NCBI GenBank assembly: GCA_040756995.1 | Contig: JBFLYK010000036.1 | Span: 192 to 64,191 of the forward strand | DNA from: Actinomycetota bacterium | GTDB taxonomy: Bacteria > Actinomycetota > Acidimicrobiia > IMCC26256 > BP-133 | DNA: 64,000 nt | Direction of reading: 5' to 3' | Shown here: piece by piece, positions 25,572 through 34,306 of the stretch | Layout of the letters: every line of letters begins with the position of its first letter | How positions within the stretch are numbered: the first letter of the stretch is position 1 | Program-made: the position numbers and the translations under genes | Notes under the pieces: generated by a model | The model's database searches: none | What the model was told of the DNA's origin: nothing | Seen by the model: only the letters and a program-made list of their open reading frames with translations

Positions 25572-26582
25572 TTGGTCCATCGGGTGACGATTGCCGGTGG
25601 ACGGTCCTTCGAGGCTGCGGCAGGCGAAAGCCTGCTGGACGCCGCCTTGCGTAGCGGGATCGCGCTGCGCTACGGCTGCCGGCGGGGCAAGTGTTCGACA
25701 TGCAAGCACGTCGTGGTGGAAGGCGACGTGGACGACAGCGGCATCTCCGCCTACGCCCTGCTCGACGACGAGCGCGACGAGGGCGTCACGCTCTTGTGCC
25801 AGGCGTTCGCCCGCAGTGACTGCCTCATCGAACTGCTCGAAGACGGCGCCGACGGCGGCGCTGACCTACCGCTACCGAGAACCATCGAGGCCGCCGTGGC
25901 CGAGGCGACGCCCCTGTCACGGTCGTTGTGGTCCGTGGTGCTCGACCTCGCTGACCCCCTCGATTTCCTCGCCGGCCAGTACGTCGAAGTCGGTGTTCCC
26001 GGGCAGCCGGAGCTCACGCGGCCGTACTCGATCGCGTCGGCGTCGAGTGCCGTCAAACGGGTCGAGCTGGTGGTGAAGCGCCTCGACGGTGGTGCCTTCT
26101 CCGGCCAGCTGGGATCCCTGCCGGCCGGCACGCCGACCTTCGTCCGGGGCCCGTTCGGCCAGATGCACCTCCGAACGACGGGACGGCCGGTCACGCTCGT
26201 CGGCGCCGGATCGGGCATCGGCCCGCTCTTCGGGATCCTCCGGGAGCTGGCCGAGCGTGAACCTCACCGGCCGGTGCGGCTCTTCTATGGCGCGGCGACA
26301 GCCGCCGACCTCCCGTTTGCCGACGAGCTCCGTCGGCTCGGGCGGGAAGTCCCGGGCCTCGAGGTCCACATCACACTGAGCCGCCCGGAACCGGCCGAAG
26401 GCTGGACCGGCCCCGTCGGGCGGGTGACGACCCTGCTGGCCCGGGCCTTCGGCGACGAGCCGGATACCGACGCCTACGTCTGCGGACCCGCCGAGATGTG
26501 CGACCACGTGTCGCTGTTCCTCGAGGCGCGAGGTGTCCCGCCCCGCCAGATCCATATGGACAGGTTCTACCCGGCCGACTGA
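25572..26582 (+). CDS. NAD(P)H oxidoreductase: N-terminal plant-type [2Fe-2S] ferredoxin + FNR-like FAD/NAD module
   Basis: CRRGKCSTCKHVV...LLCQ cluster ligands, then RPYSIAS (FAD) and TLVGAGSGIGPL (NAD). This is the domain order of SDIMO/BenC-type reductases. TTG 25572 has GGGGAG upstream. Confidence 0.88.
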   Translation: MVHRVTIAGGRSFEAAAGESLLDAALRSGIALRYGCRRGKCSTCKHVVVEGDVDDSGISAYALLDDERDEGVTLLCQAFARSDCLIELLEDGADGGADLPLPRTIEAAVAEATPLSRSLWSVVLDLADPLDFLAGQYVEVGVPGQPELTRPYSIASASSAVKRVELVVKRLDGGAFSGQLGSLPAGTPTFVRGPFGQMHLRTTGRPVTLVGAGSGIGPLFGILRELAEREPHRPVRLFYGAATAADLPFADELRRLGREVPGLEVHITLSRPEPAEGWTGPVGRVTTLLARAFGDEPDTDAYVCGPAEMCDHVSLFLEARGVPPRQIHMDRFYPAD

Positions 26583-26611
26583 CGGCCCCCATGCCCGGGA
26601 GGAGCGGAGCG

Positions 26612-26746
26612 ATGTTCCAAGTGCTATGGGAGTGTGACAGCTGTGGTCACATCTGGGGCGCGAGCCCCACCGAGGTCTGTACGACCTGCCCCGCCTGCCA
26701 CAGCGAGGATATCGAGCAGGGCGACCAGCCCGTCGCGGTGAACTGA
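26612..26746 (+). CDS. Small zinc-ribbon protein (44 aa)
   Basis: MFQVLWECDSCGHIWGASPTEVCTTCPACHSEDIEQGDQPVAVN has CxxC...CxxC. A strong GGGAGGAG lies upstream, and the ORF is wedged between the reductase and the oxygenase. Confidence 0.55.
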   Translation: MFQVLWECDSCGHIWGASPTEVCTTCPACHSEDIEQGDQPVAVN

Positions 26747-26757
26747 CAGGAGGCCTG

Positions 26758-27543
26758 ATGACCATCACAGAGGACCCCGAACTGCTGGCCCAGCCGCTCC
26801 AGTTCGAAGCCGGCGACGCGCTGCCGCCCGAATACAAGAAGCTGCTGACCACGCTCTTCTACCATCATGCCGAGGTGCTGACTCCGACGCTGGCCTACGA
26901 GCGTTTCATCCGGCACATCGTCGACATCGGCATGGAGATGGCGCCGGACCCCGAGGCGAAGTTGCGGCTGGCCAACTTCTATGCCGAAGAAGTGCGCCAC
27001 GGCTATCTCTTCGCCAAGCTCTATGCCGGGATCGACCCGAGCCTACCGGAACAGATCCTGACCGCCTCCGGCCTGATGGCGGGCTTCGCGACCGGACAGC
27101 CCGGCGTCGGCCCCTTCACTCAAGCCATCGAGGACTGGCTCGACCTGGCGTTGTTCAACTTCCTCATCGACGGCGAAGGCTGTTGGCAGATCTCGGAGTG
27201 GGAAACATCGTCGTACGCGCCGCTGGCCAAGATCGCCGGTCAGGTCTCGCGCGATGAGCGGGGCCATTCCAACATGGGCTACCTCCACCTCAAGCGGGCG
27301 GTACAGAACGATCCGGCCGCCCACCGGCTGGCGCAGGAACGGCTCTACGACAAGTGGTATCCGGTGGCGCTCGACACGTTCGGCCGGTCGGAATCCAAGC
27401 GGAACATGGAGTACCGGCGGTGGTCATTGAAGCGCCGCTCGAACGAGGAGCTGCGCCGGAGCTTCGTGGCCTATGTGAATCCCATGCTGGAGCGGCTGGG
27501 GTTCGAGGTGCCGCCCTACGAGCACAATCGTCATTTCCTGTGA
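26758..27543 (+). CDS. Ferritin-like di-iron oxygenase subunit, PaaA/PaaC family (paralogue 2)
   Basis: Two ExxH motifs (YAEEVRHGY, SRDERGHSN). Same length (261 aa) as the 11766 product and collinear with it. Confidence 0.85.
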   Translation: MTITEDPELLAQPLQFEAGDALPPEYKKLLTTLFYHHAEVLTPTLAYERFIRHIVDIGMEMAPDPEAKLRLANFYAEEVRHGYLFAKLYAGIDPSLPEQILTASGLMAGFATGQPGVGPFTQAIEDWLDLALFNFLIDGEGCWQISEWETSSYAPLAKIAGQVSRDERGHSNMGYLHLKRAVQNDPAAHRLAQERLYDKWYPVALDTFGRSESKRNMEYRRWSLKRRSNEELRRSFVAYVNPMLERLGFEVPPYEHNRHFL

Positions 27544-27974
27544 GCAGCGCGCCCGCCGTGCCGATCAACCCCGATACCCTCATGCGGGCCAGGGGCTACT
27601 CCCACGGGCTCCTGGCTCCCGGGGGCTGGCTGTTCGTGGCTGGTCAACTCGGGACTGACACAGACTGCACCTATCCCGGCGGCGATGATGTCGTCGCTCA
27701 ATTCGACCGGGCGCTGTGGAACTTCCTCGAGGTCGTGCGTCGCGGCGGCGGAGAGCCCTCCCACGTTGTGAAAATGACGTTCTTCGTAACCGACCTCGAC
27801 GAATGGTTCGGCCTTGCCGAGGAGCTCGGCCCGGTCTACCGCCGGCATTTCGACCGCCACTATCCGGCGATCACCCTGCTCCAGCAGCCCCGACTGACCA
27901 TCCCGGGTGGCAAGGTCGAGATCGAGGGCGTCGCACTCGTCCCGCCGCCGGAAGGGAGCTCCAATGAACGGTGA
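27540..27974 (+). CDS. RidA/YjgF/UK114 family protein
   Basis: FVAGQLGTD...VVKMTFFVTDLDEW...KVEIEGVAL matches the RidA pattern. GTG 27540 overlaps the upstream stop (GTGA). Confidence 0.8.
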   Translation: MSSAPAVPINPDTLMRARGYSHGLLAPGGWLFVAGQLGTDTDCTYPGGDDVVAQFDRALWNFLEVVRRGGGEPSHVVKMTFFVTDLDEWFGLAEELGPVYRRHFDRHYPAITLLQQPRLTIPGGKVEIEGVALVPPPEGSSNER

Positions 27975-29307
27975 CGGTACGGTCAGCCGCCGGACGTTCG
28001 CCAAGACGGAAACGCTCACGCGCCAGGAACTCGAGGCCTTCCAATTGCGGAAGGTGCGCCGGCTAATCGAACGCAACTGGGAACACAATCCCTTCTACCG
28101 CGACCTGTGGAAGAGGGCCAAGGTGTCGCCGGACGACATCCAGACGCTCGAGGACTTCCGCCGCCGTATCCCGCCGATCGAGAAACGCGACTGCCTGGAG
28201 GATCAGACGGAGAACCCGCCGGTCGGGCGGCGGCTGGGGGTGCCGGAGACCCGCCTGGCGCAGATCCACCTCACGAGCGGCACCAGCGGCGTGGGGCAGG
28301 AAGCTTGGGGCCTCACCCAGGCGGACGTCGAACTGGCCGGGACGCTGTGGCTGTACCAGTACCACTGGATGGGTCTCGAGCCGGGCAACGTGGCCTTCTT
28401 CTCGATGCCCGTCGCCTTCTTCGCCAACGGCCTGGCCACGGAGTATGCGAGCCGCAAGTTCGGAATGGTCTCCCTCAACCTGTTCGGCATGGACAGGGAG
28501 CTCGTGTTCCGGCTGATGGAGCGCTTCCAGCCGCACTACGTCTACGGGACGATGGCGATGCCGGCCATGGGCGGTGCCGGCAACGAGAAGCCCGGCGAAC
28601 GCCTCCATCGCCTCAAAGCCCTGTCCGGCGCGCTGATGGGAGTTGAGACCATCAAGAAGGTCGTCGAAGCGTGGGGCGCGCCGGTCTACGAGATGTACGG
28701 CTGCACCCAGGCGTCCTCCGTCGTCGGAGCGACGTGCGAGCAGGGCGCCGTGGTCGACGACCAGGCCGGGATGGTGCACTTCCTCGAGGGCCACTTCATC
28801 GTCGAATGCCTCAACCGGGAGACCGGCGAGCCGGCCGAGCCGGAGGAGGATTGCGAGATCTTCCTCACCACCCTGGACCGGGAAGCCTCGCCGGCGATCC
28901 GGTTCCGCATCCACGACAAAGCCACGTTCCTACCCCACAGCGCGTGCCGTTGCGGCCGCCCCTATCACGGCTACAGGGTCGGGACGGTCGCCCGCTGGGA
29001 CGACATGATGAAGATCAAAGGCATCAACATCTGGCCGGCCATGATGGATGACATCCTCATGACCCACCCCGAGGTACGGGAGTACCGCGGGTTCTTCGAG
29101 ATCGACCGGGCACGCGCCCGGGACGTGATGCGGATCGTCGTCGATTTCAAGTCCGACGTGGCGGCTGAACGGCGGCCATTCCTCCTCGAAAGCCTGGCCG
29201 CCGACGTCAAGGCGAAGACCTTCGTCACGCCGGTCGTGGAGGAGGCGCCGGAACCCCTCGCCGAGTTTACGTTCAAGCCGGTCCGCTGGTCCGATACCCG
29301 CAAGTAG
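27964..29307 (+). CDS. Adenylate-forming CoA ligase, PaaK / coenzyme-F390-synthetase-like clade
   Basis: N-terminal LRKVRRLIERNWEHNPFYRDLW, TSGTSGVGQ loop, and C-terminal MMKIKGINIWPAMMDDIL typical of PaaK-like enzymes. ATG 27964 overlaps the RidA gene by 11 nt. Confidence 0.85.
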   Translation: MNGDGTVSRRTFAKTETLTRQELEAFQLRKVRRLIERNWEHNPFYRDLWKRAKVSPDDIQTLEDFRRRIPPIEKRDCLEDQTENPPVGRRLGVPETRLAQIHLTSGTSGVGQEAWGLTQADVELAGTLWLYQYHWMGLEPGNVAFFSMPVAFFANGLATEYASRKFGMVSLNLFGMDRELVFRLMERFQPHYVYGTMAMPAMGGAGNEKPGERLHRLKALSGALMGVETIKKVVEAWGAPVYEMYGCTQASSVVGATCEQGAVVDDQAGMVHFLEGHFIVECLNRETGEPAEPEEDCEIFLTTLDREASPAIRFRIHDKATFLPHSACRCGRPYHGYRVGTVARWDDMMKIKGINIWPAMMDDILMTHPEVREYRGFFEIDRARARDVMRIVVDFKSDVAAERRPFLLESLAADVKAKTFVTPVVEEAPEPLAEFTFKPVRWSDTRK

Positions 29308-29338
29308 CCCGTCACCGTCACCTCCCAGGAGCGCACCG

Positions 29339-29572
29339 ATGCAGATCTCGCGACAGCTGGCCATCCAGAAGGTCTGGGACTCACCCGACGTCATTCCCGA
29401 AGTCGTCGAGCTGCTGTCGGCAATTCCCGACGCCGTCTGGGACAGCGCGAGTGGACTCGATGAGCTGCGCACCGTGGCCGAGCCCTACTGCGCGGCCACG
29501 GGCTGCGACCCTGACGAACTCGAGCAGGTGCTCAGCCGCCACGTCGGTGATCCGTGGTGGCAGCCAGAATGA
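29339..29572 (+). CDS. Small hypothetical protein, tandem paralogue A (77 aa)
   Basis: Gapless ~33% identity to the next ORF (R.L....VW..D..P.V.E.L..I....W...L..L...G.D.DE...V.SR). GC3-rich. Confidence 0.6.
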   Translation: MQISRQLAIQKVWDSPDVIPEVVELLSAIPDAVWDSASGLDELRTVAEPYCAATGCDPDELEQVLSRHVGDPWWQPE

Positions 29573-29784
29573 GAGCGGATCGGGAACTGGTCCGGCATCG
29601 GGTCTGGGAGGCGTCGGACTGCGTGCCGGGGGTATGTGAGGTGCTGGGGGTGATCACCGAGAGGGAGTGGGAGGCGGCGCCCGATCTTCGTTCACTTGCC
29701 ATGGCGCATCGCTCCGATCTGACCGCCGAGGGCACCGACGAAGACGAGTTCGTGCTGGTGATCAGTCGTTGGACCACCGAATAG
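29569..29784 (+). CDS. Small hypothetical protein, tandem paralogue B (71 aa)
   Basis: ATG 29569 overlaps the stop of paralogue A (ATGA). The shared motif is described under paralogue A. Confidence 0.6.
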   Translation: MRADRELVRHRVWEASDCVPGVCEVLGVITEREWEAAPDLRSLAMAHRSDLTAEGTDEDEFVLVISRWTTE

Positions 29785-29794
29785 GAGCTGATCG

Positions 29795-32074
29795 ATGGTG
29801 CTGGGCAAGGCCGTGCGGCGGGTGGAGGACGGACCGCTCCTGGACGGGCGGGGCTGCTGGACGGATGACATTGTTCTTCCCGACCAGCTCTATGTCTCGT
29901 TCGTCCGCAGCAACGAGGCGCACGCTCGTCTGGCCGGCGTCGACGTCGAGGCCGCCCGACTCATGCCCGACGTGGTCGGCGTATGGACCGGCCAGGAACT
30001 CGAGCCGCTGCCCGGCGTGCCCACCTGCGGGGGGTACATGACGCTCGCCGGGCTCGAGCAACCGGTGTTGGCCCGAGAGCGTGTCCGCTATGTCGGCGAA
30101 CCGGTGGCTGTGGTCGTAGCCCGGAGCCGGGCGGCGGCCGCCGATGCGGTCGAGGCGGTCGTCATCGACTATGAACCGCTTCCTGCCGTCGTCGACCCGA
30201 TGGTCGCCCTGGATCCGGCCGCGCCGACGCTGTTCCCGGATCTCGGCACGAATGTGATCCTCGACGAGAACCCTGAGCCGATCCCCGACGGGTTCTTCTC
30301 GGAGGCCGACATCGTCGTCGAGATCAGCAACCTCAACCACCGGATGGCGTCGGTGGCGATGGAGCCCCGAGCGGCCCTGGCGGGTCGGCATCCCGACACC
30401 GGGGAACTCACCCTCTGGCTTTCCAGCCAGCACCCTCAGAAGGTGCGGAACGACATCATGGCCATCCTCGGGTTCGGGGCCGACCAGCTCCGGGTCATCG
30501 CTCCGGAGGTGGGTGGGGGGTTCGGGCCCAAGGCGATGCTGCACCCCGAGGAGGTGGTGCTCGTCATGCTGGCCCGGCGGCTCGGCCGGCCGGTCAAGTG
30601 GTCCGAGACGCGCAGCGAGCATCTCGTGGCCACCCATCACGGGCGGGCCCAGATCCATCGGTGGCGGGTCGGGGCGAAGCGGGACGGGACCCTGGTGGCC
30701 ATCGCCGGGGACGTGATCGCCGACGTCGGAGCCTATCCCAGCCTGGCGCCTCTCCTCGTCTCGGTCACCGCCCAGATGGCCCCCGGTTGCTACCGCGTCC
30801 AGCGCGTCCACCTCCGGGCCCGGGCCGTGCTCACGAATACCACTCCGGTCGGTCCCTACCGCGGGGCGGGTCGCCCCGAAGCGGCCTTCACCATCGAACG
30901 GGCCGTCGAAGAGGTGGCCCGCCGGCTGCATCTCGACCCCATCGACGTCCGGCGGCGCAACTTCATCCAGCCGGCCGAATTCCCCTACGAGACGGCCACC
31001 GAGATGAGCTACGACAGCGGGGACTACGAGGCCTGCCTCGATCGGTTGCTCGAGGGGCTCGATATCGACCAGGTCCGCAAGGAGCAGGCTGACCGGGTCG
31101 CTCAGGGACGGCCTCTGCTGGGTGTCGGAATCGCCTGCTACGTCGAGATCTCCGGCTCCCTCGGTCTCGGCGAAGAGGCGGCCGTCGAGGTCCTGCCCGA
31201 CGGCCGGGTCGAGGTCCGGACGGGCACATCACCCCACGGACAGGGCCACCGCACCGTGTGGGCGCAGATCGCCGCACACCATCTCGGCGTCCAAGTCGAC
31301 GCCGTCGACGTGGTCCACGGCGACACCCGCTACGTCGCGCAAGGGAACGGCACGACCGGGAGTCGCTCGGCCCAGTTCGGCGGCTCGGCCGTCTACCGGG
31401 CTTCCGAGCTGATGGCCCAGCGCCTCCGCGAGCTGGCTGCCGACCTGCTCGAAGCAGCACCGGCCGATATCGAACTGGCCGAAGGCGGCGCCTACGTCCG
31501 CGGGACGCCGTCCCGCCGCCTTTCGCTGGCCGAACTCCGGTCGGTCGCCGGGGACGAGGGGCTGCGGGAGTCGTTCTTCTTCGACCAGGACAACTGGACC
31601 TACCCCGGCGGTGCCCACGGCGTCGTCGTCGAGATCGACAGGGATACCGGCCTCGTACGCCCCGTTCGGGTGGTGGCCGTCGACGACTGCGGCACACTGA
31701 TCAACCCTCTGATCGTGGAAGGCCAGGTCCACGGCGGCGTCGTGCAGGGGCTGGCCCAGGCGCTGTGGGAGGAAGTCCGGTACAGCGCCGAAGGGCAGCC
31801 GCTGACCACCAGCTTGCTGGACTACCTGGTCCCGTCAGCGTGTGAGGTGCCGTCGCTGGAGACGTACGCGGTTGAAACCCCCTCCCCGCTCAACCCGCTC
31901 GGCGCCAAAGGCATCGGCGAGGCGGGAGCCGTCGGGATGCCGCCGGCCGTCGTCAATGCGGTCCTTGACGCCCTCGCGCCACTCGGAGTGCGGGACATCC
32001 CCATGCCGTTGACGCCGGAACGGGTCTGGCGGGCCATCGCCGACGCCGAAAACGAGCAGGCGGGTCGCCAGTGA
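29795..32074 (+). CDS. Xanthine-oxidase/aldehyde-oxidase family molybdopterin-binding large subunit (CoxL-like)
   Basis: VRRVEDGPLLDGRG N-terminus, APEVGGGFGPK, and C-terminal GAKGIGEAGAVGMPPAV (catalytic Glu region). 759 aa. Confidence 0.9.
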   Translation: MVLGKAVRRVEDGPLLDGRGCWTDDIVLPDQLYVSFVRSNEAHARLAGVDVEAARLMPDVVGVWTGQELEPLPGVPTCGGYMTLAGLEQPVLARERVRYVGEPVAVVVARSRAAAADAVEAVVIDYEPLPAVVDPMVALDPAAPTLFPDLGTNVILDENPEPIPDGFFSEADIVVEISNLNHRMASVAMEPRAALAGRHPDTGELTLWLSSQHPQKVRNDIMAILGFGADQLRVIAPEVGGGFGPKAMLHPEEVVLVMLARRLGRPVKWSETRSEHLVATHHGRAQIHRWRVGAKRDGTLVAIAGDVIADVGAYPSLAPLLVSVTAQMAPGCYRVQRVHLRARAVLTNTTPVGPYRGAGRPEAAFTIERAVEEVARRLHLDPIDVRRRNFIQPAEFPYETATEMSYDSGDYEACLDRLLEGLDIDQVRKEQADRVAQGRPLLGVGIACYVEISGSLGLGEEAAVEVLPDGRVEVRTGTSPHGQGHRTVWAQIAAHHLGVQVDAVDVVHGDTRYVAQGNGTTGSRSAQFGGSAVYRASELMAQRLRELAADLLEAAPADIELAEGGAYVRGTPSRRLSLAELRSVAGDEGLRESFFFDQDNWTYPGGAHGVVVEIDRDTGLVRPVRVVAVDDCGTLINPLIVEGQVHGGVVQGLAQALWEEVRYSAEGQPLTTSLLDYLVPSACEVPSLETYAVETPSPLNPLGAKGIGEAGAVGMPPAVVNAVLDALAPLGVRDIPMPLTPERVWRAIADAENEQAGRQ

Positions 32075-32979
32075 CACCGGTCATCGACATCCACACGCAC
32101 TGTCTCTCCGGGGGGCGCACGGCCGACGAGGTCGCCCAAGGGCTCCTGAGCCTCAACGAAGAGGGACTGGCCCGGTTGCTCCTGATCATGTCGCCGCCGT
32201 TCTCCCGCAATCCGGAGGAGATGGTGGCGATGTATCCCGACGTGGCCCGACACGTCGCCGCCCGCTCCGACGACTTCGAGGTGCCGTTCGGCCTCAAGGT
32301 CTTCGACGCGCTCGGCCCCCGCCGCAGTCTCGTCACGGCCTATATTGGTTTTCACACCTACTTCCCCGACGTGGCTCGCGGTGCGCCGTTTGAGCCGGTC
32401 CGAGCGGTTCTCGACGAGCTCGGCGACGTCGTCGGTGGCTTGAAGATCCACTATTTCCGCCCTGCGCCCGACCACCCCATGGCCCAGCAGTTCGGCGGGG
32501 GAGCCTGGGATCAGGACCGCTTCGACGCCTTCACCGTCCGGGTCCTCGCCGAGGCCCGGGAGCGCCAGCTGCCAGCGGTGATCCATGTCGATCTACGTGA
32601 AGGCGGGCGAGCCTTCGTGGATCTGATCCGACCGTTCTCGGACGTCACCTTGTGTCTCTGCCACTTCGGCTACAGCCGCCGGCTGTGCGGCGAGCTCCTC
32701 GAGGAACTGCCCTGGCTCGTCACCGACATGTCGGGCATCGAACTCCATGCCAGCATGTATGCCCGGCTGCCGGCCTACCATGACTTCGTGACGCGTTTCC
32801 CCGACCGGGTGCTCTACGGCTCCGACCAGTACATCTGCGACACGGCCGAACTCCGCAAGGCCTGGGATCTCGTCGACGCCCTCGAGTTGTCCGACGACGT
32901 CGCCGAGCAGGTGCGCTACGGGAACGCCGAGCGCTTTCTCCGCCAGGAGCCGCACCCGGGGGTCAGCCGCCGGCCCTAG
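32071..32979 (+). CDS. Amidohydrolase-2-type metal-dependent hydrolase (TIM barrel)
   Basis: VIDIHTHCL HxH motif at the N-terminus. GTG 32071 overlaps the upstream stop (GTGA). Confidence 0.75.
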   Translation: MTPVIDIHTHCLSGGRTADEVAQGLLSLNEEGLARLLLIMSPPFSRNPEEMVAMYPDVARHVAARSDDFEVPFGLKVFDALGPRRSLVTAYIGFHTYFPDVARGAPFEPVRAVLDELGDVVGGLKIHYFRPAPDHPMAQQFGGGAWDQDRFDAFTVRVLAEARERQLPAVIHVDLREGGRAFVDLIRPFSDVTLCLCHFGYSRRLCGELLEELPWLVTDMSGIELHASMYARLPAYHDFVTRFPDRVLYGSDQYICDTAELRKAWDLVDALELSDDVAEQVRYGNAERFLRQEPHPGVSRRP

Positions 32980-33292
32980 CCCCCTCGTGTTCCATCCCCA
33001 TCTGCGGGAATTGCGAGGTCACCCGCACGACGTCACCGTCGATCTCCGCCCGGCCGGCGTAGGACGCGAACGTGACGAGGATGTCCTCCACGGTGACGTC
33101 CTCGCCCAGCTCGTCCGACAGCTCCTCGGCATCGACGGTCAGCTCGCCAGCGGCCTCCAGGACCCAGTACGCCCCGCGATCCGTGACGGTGACCGCGGGG
33201 TTTGACCGGCGGACGAGGGCCACGATGCCATCGCCTTCGGCCGTCTTCATGAGCCCGATGCGGACGAAACCTTCTCCGTGCTCGACGGACAT
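32963..33292 (-). CDS. Soluble di-iron monooxygenase effector/coupling protein (MmoB/DmpM family)
   Basis: 109 aa. GLMKTAEGDGIVALVRRSNPAVTVTDRGAYWVLEAAGELTVDAEELSDELGEDV resembles MmoB/DmpM/TmoD-type effectors. Confidence 0.8.
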   Translation of the reverse strand: MSVEHGEGFVRIGLMKTAEGDGIVALVRRSNPAVTVTDRGAYWVLEAAGELTVDAEELSDELGEDVTVEDILVTFASYAGRAEIDGDVVRVTSQFPQMGMEHEGARAGG

Positions 33293-33298
33293 GTCAGC

Positions 33299-34306
33299 TC
33301 ATACCTCCGCCGGGACGCCGAGTCGCGTTCCGGCCAGCATCGAACGCCAGCTCTCCTCTACCGCCGCTCGGGCGCCGACGGCGTCGACCCCGACCCGGTC
33401 GGCGACCGGTGCCAGCGAGTCGATGACCCGGGCGAGCAGCGGATACCACTGCGTGATCCAGCCCTCGATGACCTGCCGGTTGTGGTCGCCAGCGGCGGTG
33501 TCAGTGAGCAGCAGCTCGGCGAAGGCGCTCATCGCCGTGATGTTCGTCTGGCGGTCGTTCTCCGCCTCGAGCAGGATCGCCGGCGTCGTCGTGTCATGGT
33601 GCGGCCCGGCGCCCGCCCACAGCAACTCGTTGAACAAGAAGCGGCCGACCAGCGGCTCGACCAGAAGGTTCGTGACCAGTGCGACCTCTCCCCAGTCGGG
33701 CGTGGCGTTAATCCGCTCGGCGAGCTCGCGGAGGCCCTGCAGCACCGGATTCTCCATCCACTGCTGGTGACGGTCGTCGGCACCCACGGGCACCCCGGCG
33801 GCGCCTAGGTCGTGGTGGTGAAAGACGATGTCCTGGGCGTGGCGCTCCTTGTCCGACGAGTTGAAGATGAAGGCGGTCATCAACATGTCGGAGAGGGCGA
33901 TCCCGGCGGCGTGCATCAACGCCCGGGAGAGGCCGTGCTCGAAGAACGCTGTCGGGAGGTAGATATCGCCGATGACACCCTCAGCCCAGGCGGGAGCCAT
34001 CCGTGTCAACTGGCCCGACTGGCGGGCCGCCGCCATGGCGCGTTCGATGGCGCGTTCCTGCTCCGCCTGCCGCTTGACGTGGGTGCGCTGCCACCGCTGG
34101 GCAGGGTCTCGGAAGGCGTAGAAGTTCTCGGACCGCAGCGCCGTCGTGTCGGCCGGCCAGCCCGTCGACTTGGCCACCGGGTTGTCCATGGATGTTTCCA
34201 GCGGCAGGACATAGAGGTTGAGCGCTTCGTACTCGGAGATCCGCCGACCCATGGGCTTGACGTAGAGGAATTCCCGGGGGCCGTCGAAGGGGCCTTTCTC
34301 GCTCAC
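33299..34306 (-). CDS. Soluble di-iron monooxygenase hydroxylase beta subunit
   Basis: Ferritin-like beta-subunit pattern (FEHGLSRALMHAAGIA...SSDKERHAQD). GTG 34306 overlaps the alpha stop (GTGA). The N-terminal Arg-rich part of the 364-aa ORF is rejected. Confidence 0.82.
   Translation of the reverse strand: MSEKGPFDGPREFLYVKPMGRRISEYEALNLYVLPLETSMDNPVAKSTGWPADTTALRSENFYAFRDPAQRWQRTHVKRQAEQERAIERAMAAARQSGQLTRMAPAWAEGVIGDIYLPTAFFEHGLSRALMHAAGIALSDMLMTAFIFNSSDKERHAQDIVFHHHDLGAAGVPVGADDRHQQWMENPVLQGLRELAERINATPDWGEVALVTNLLVEPLVGRFLFNELLWAGAGPHHDTTTPAILLEAENDRQTNITAMSAFAELLLTDTAAGDHNRQVIEGWITQWYPLLARVIDSLAPVADRVGVDAVGARAAVEESWRSMLAGTRLGVPAEV

Noticed and set aside
23845-25587. 580-aa plus-strand ORF spanning the SDR gene, the intergenic region and the TetR gene.
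   Set aside because: It is out of frame with the clear SDR and antisense to the clear TetR. The translation is Arg/Gly/Pro-rich with no motifs.
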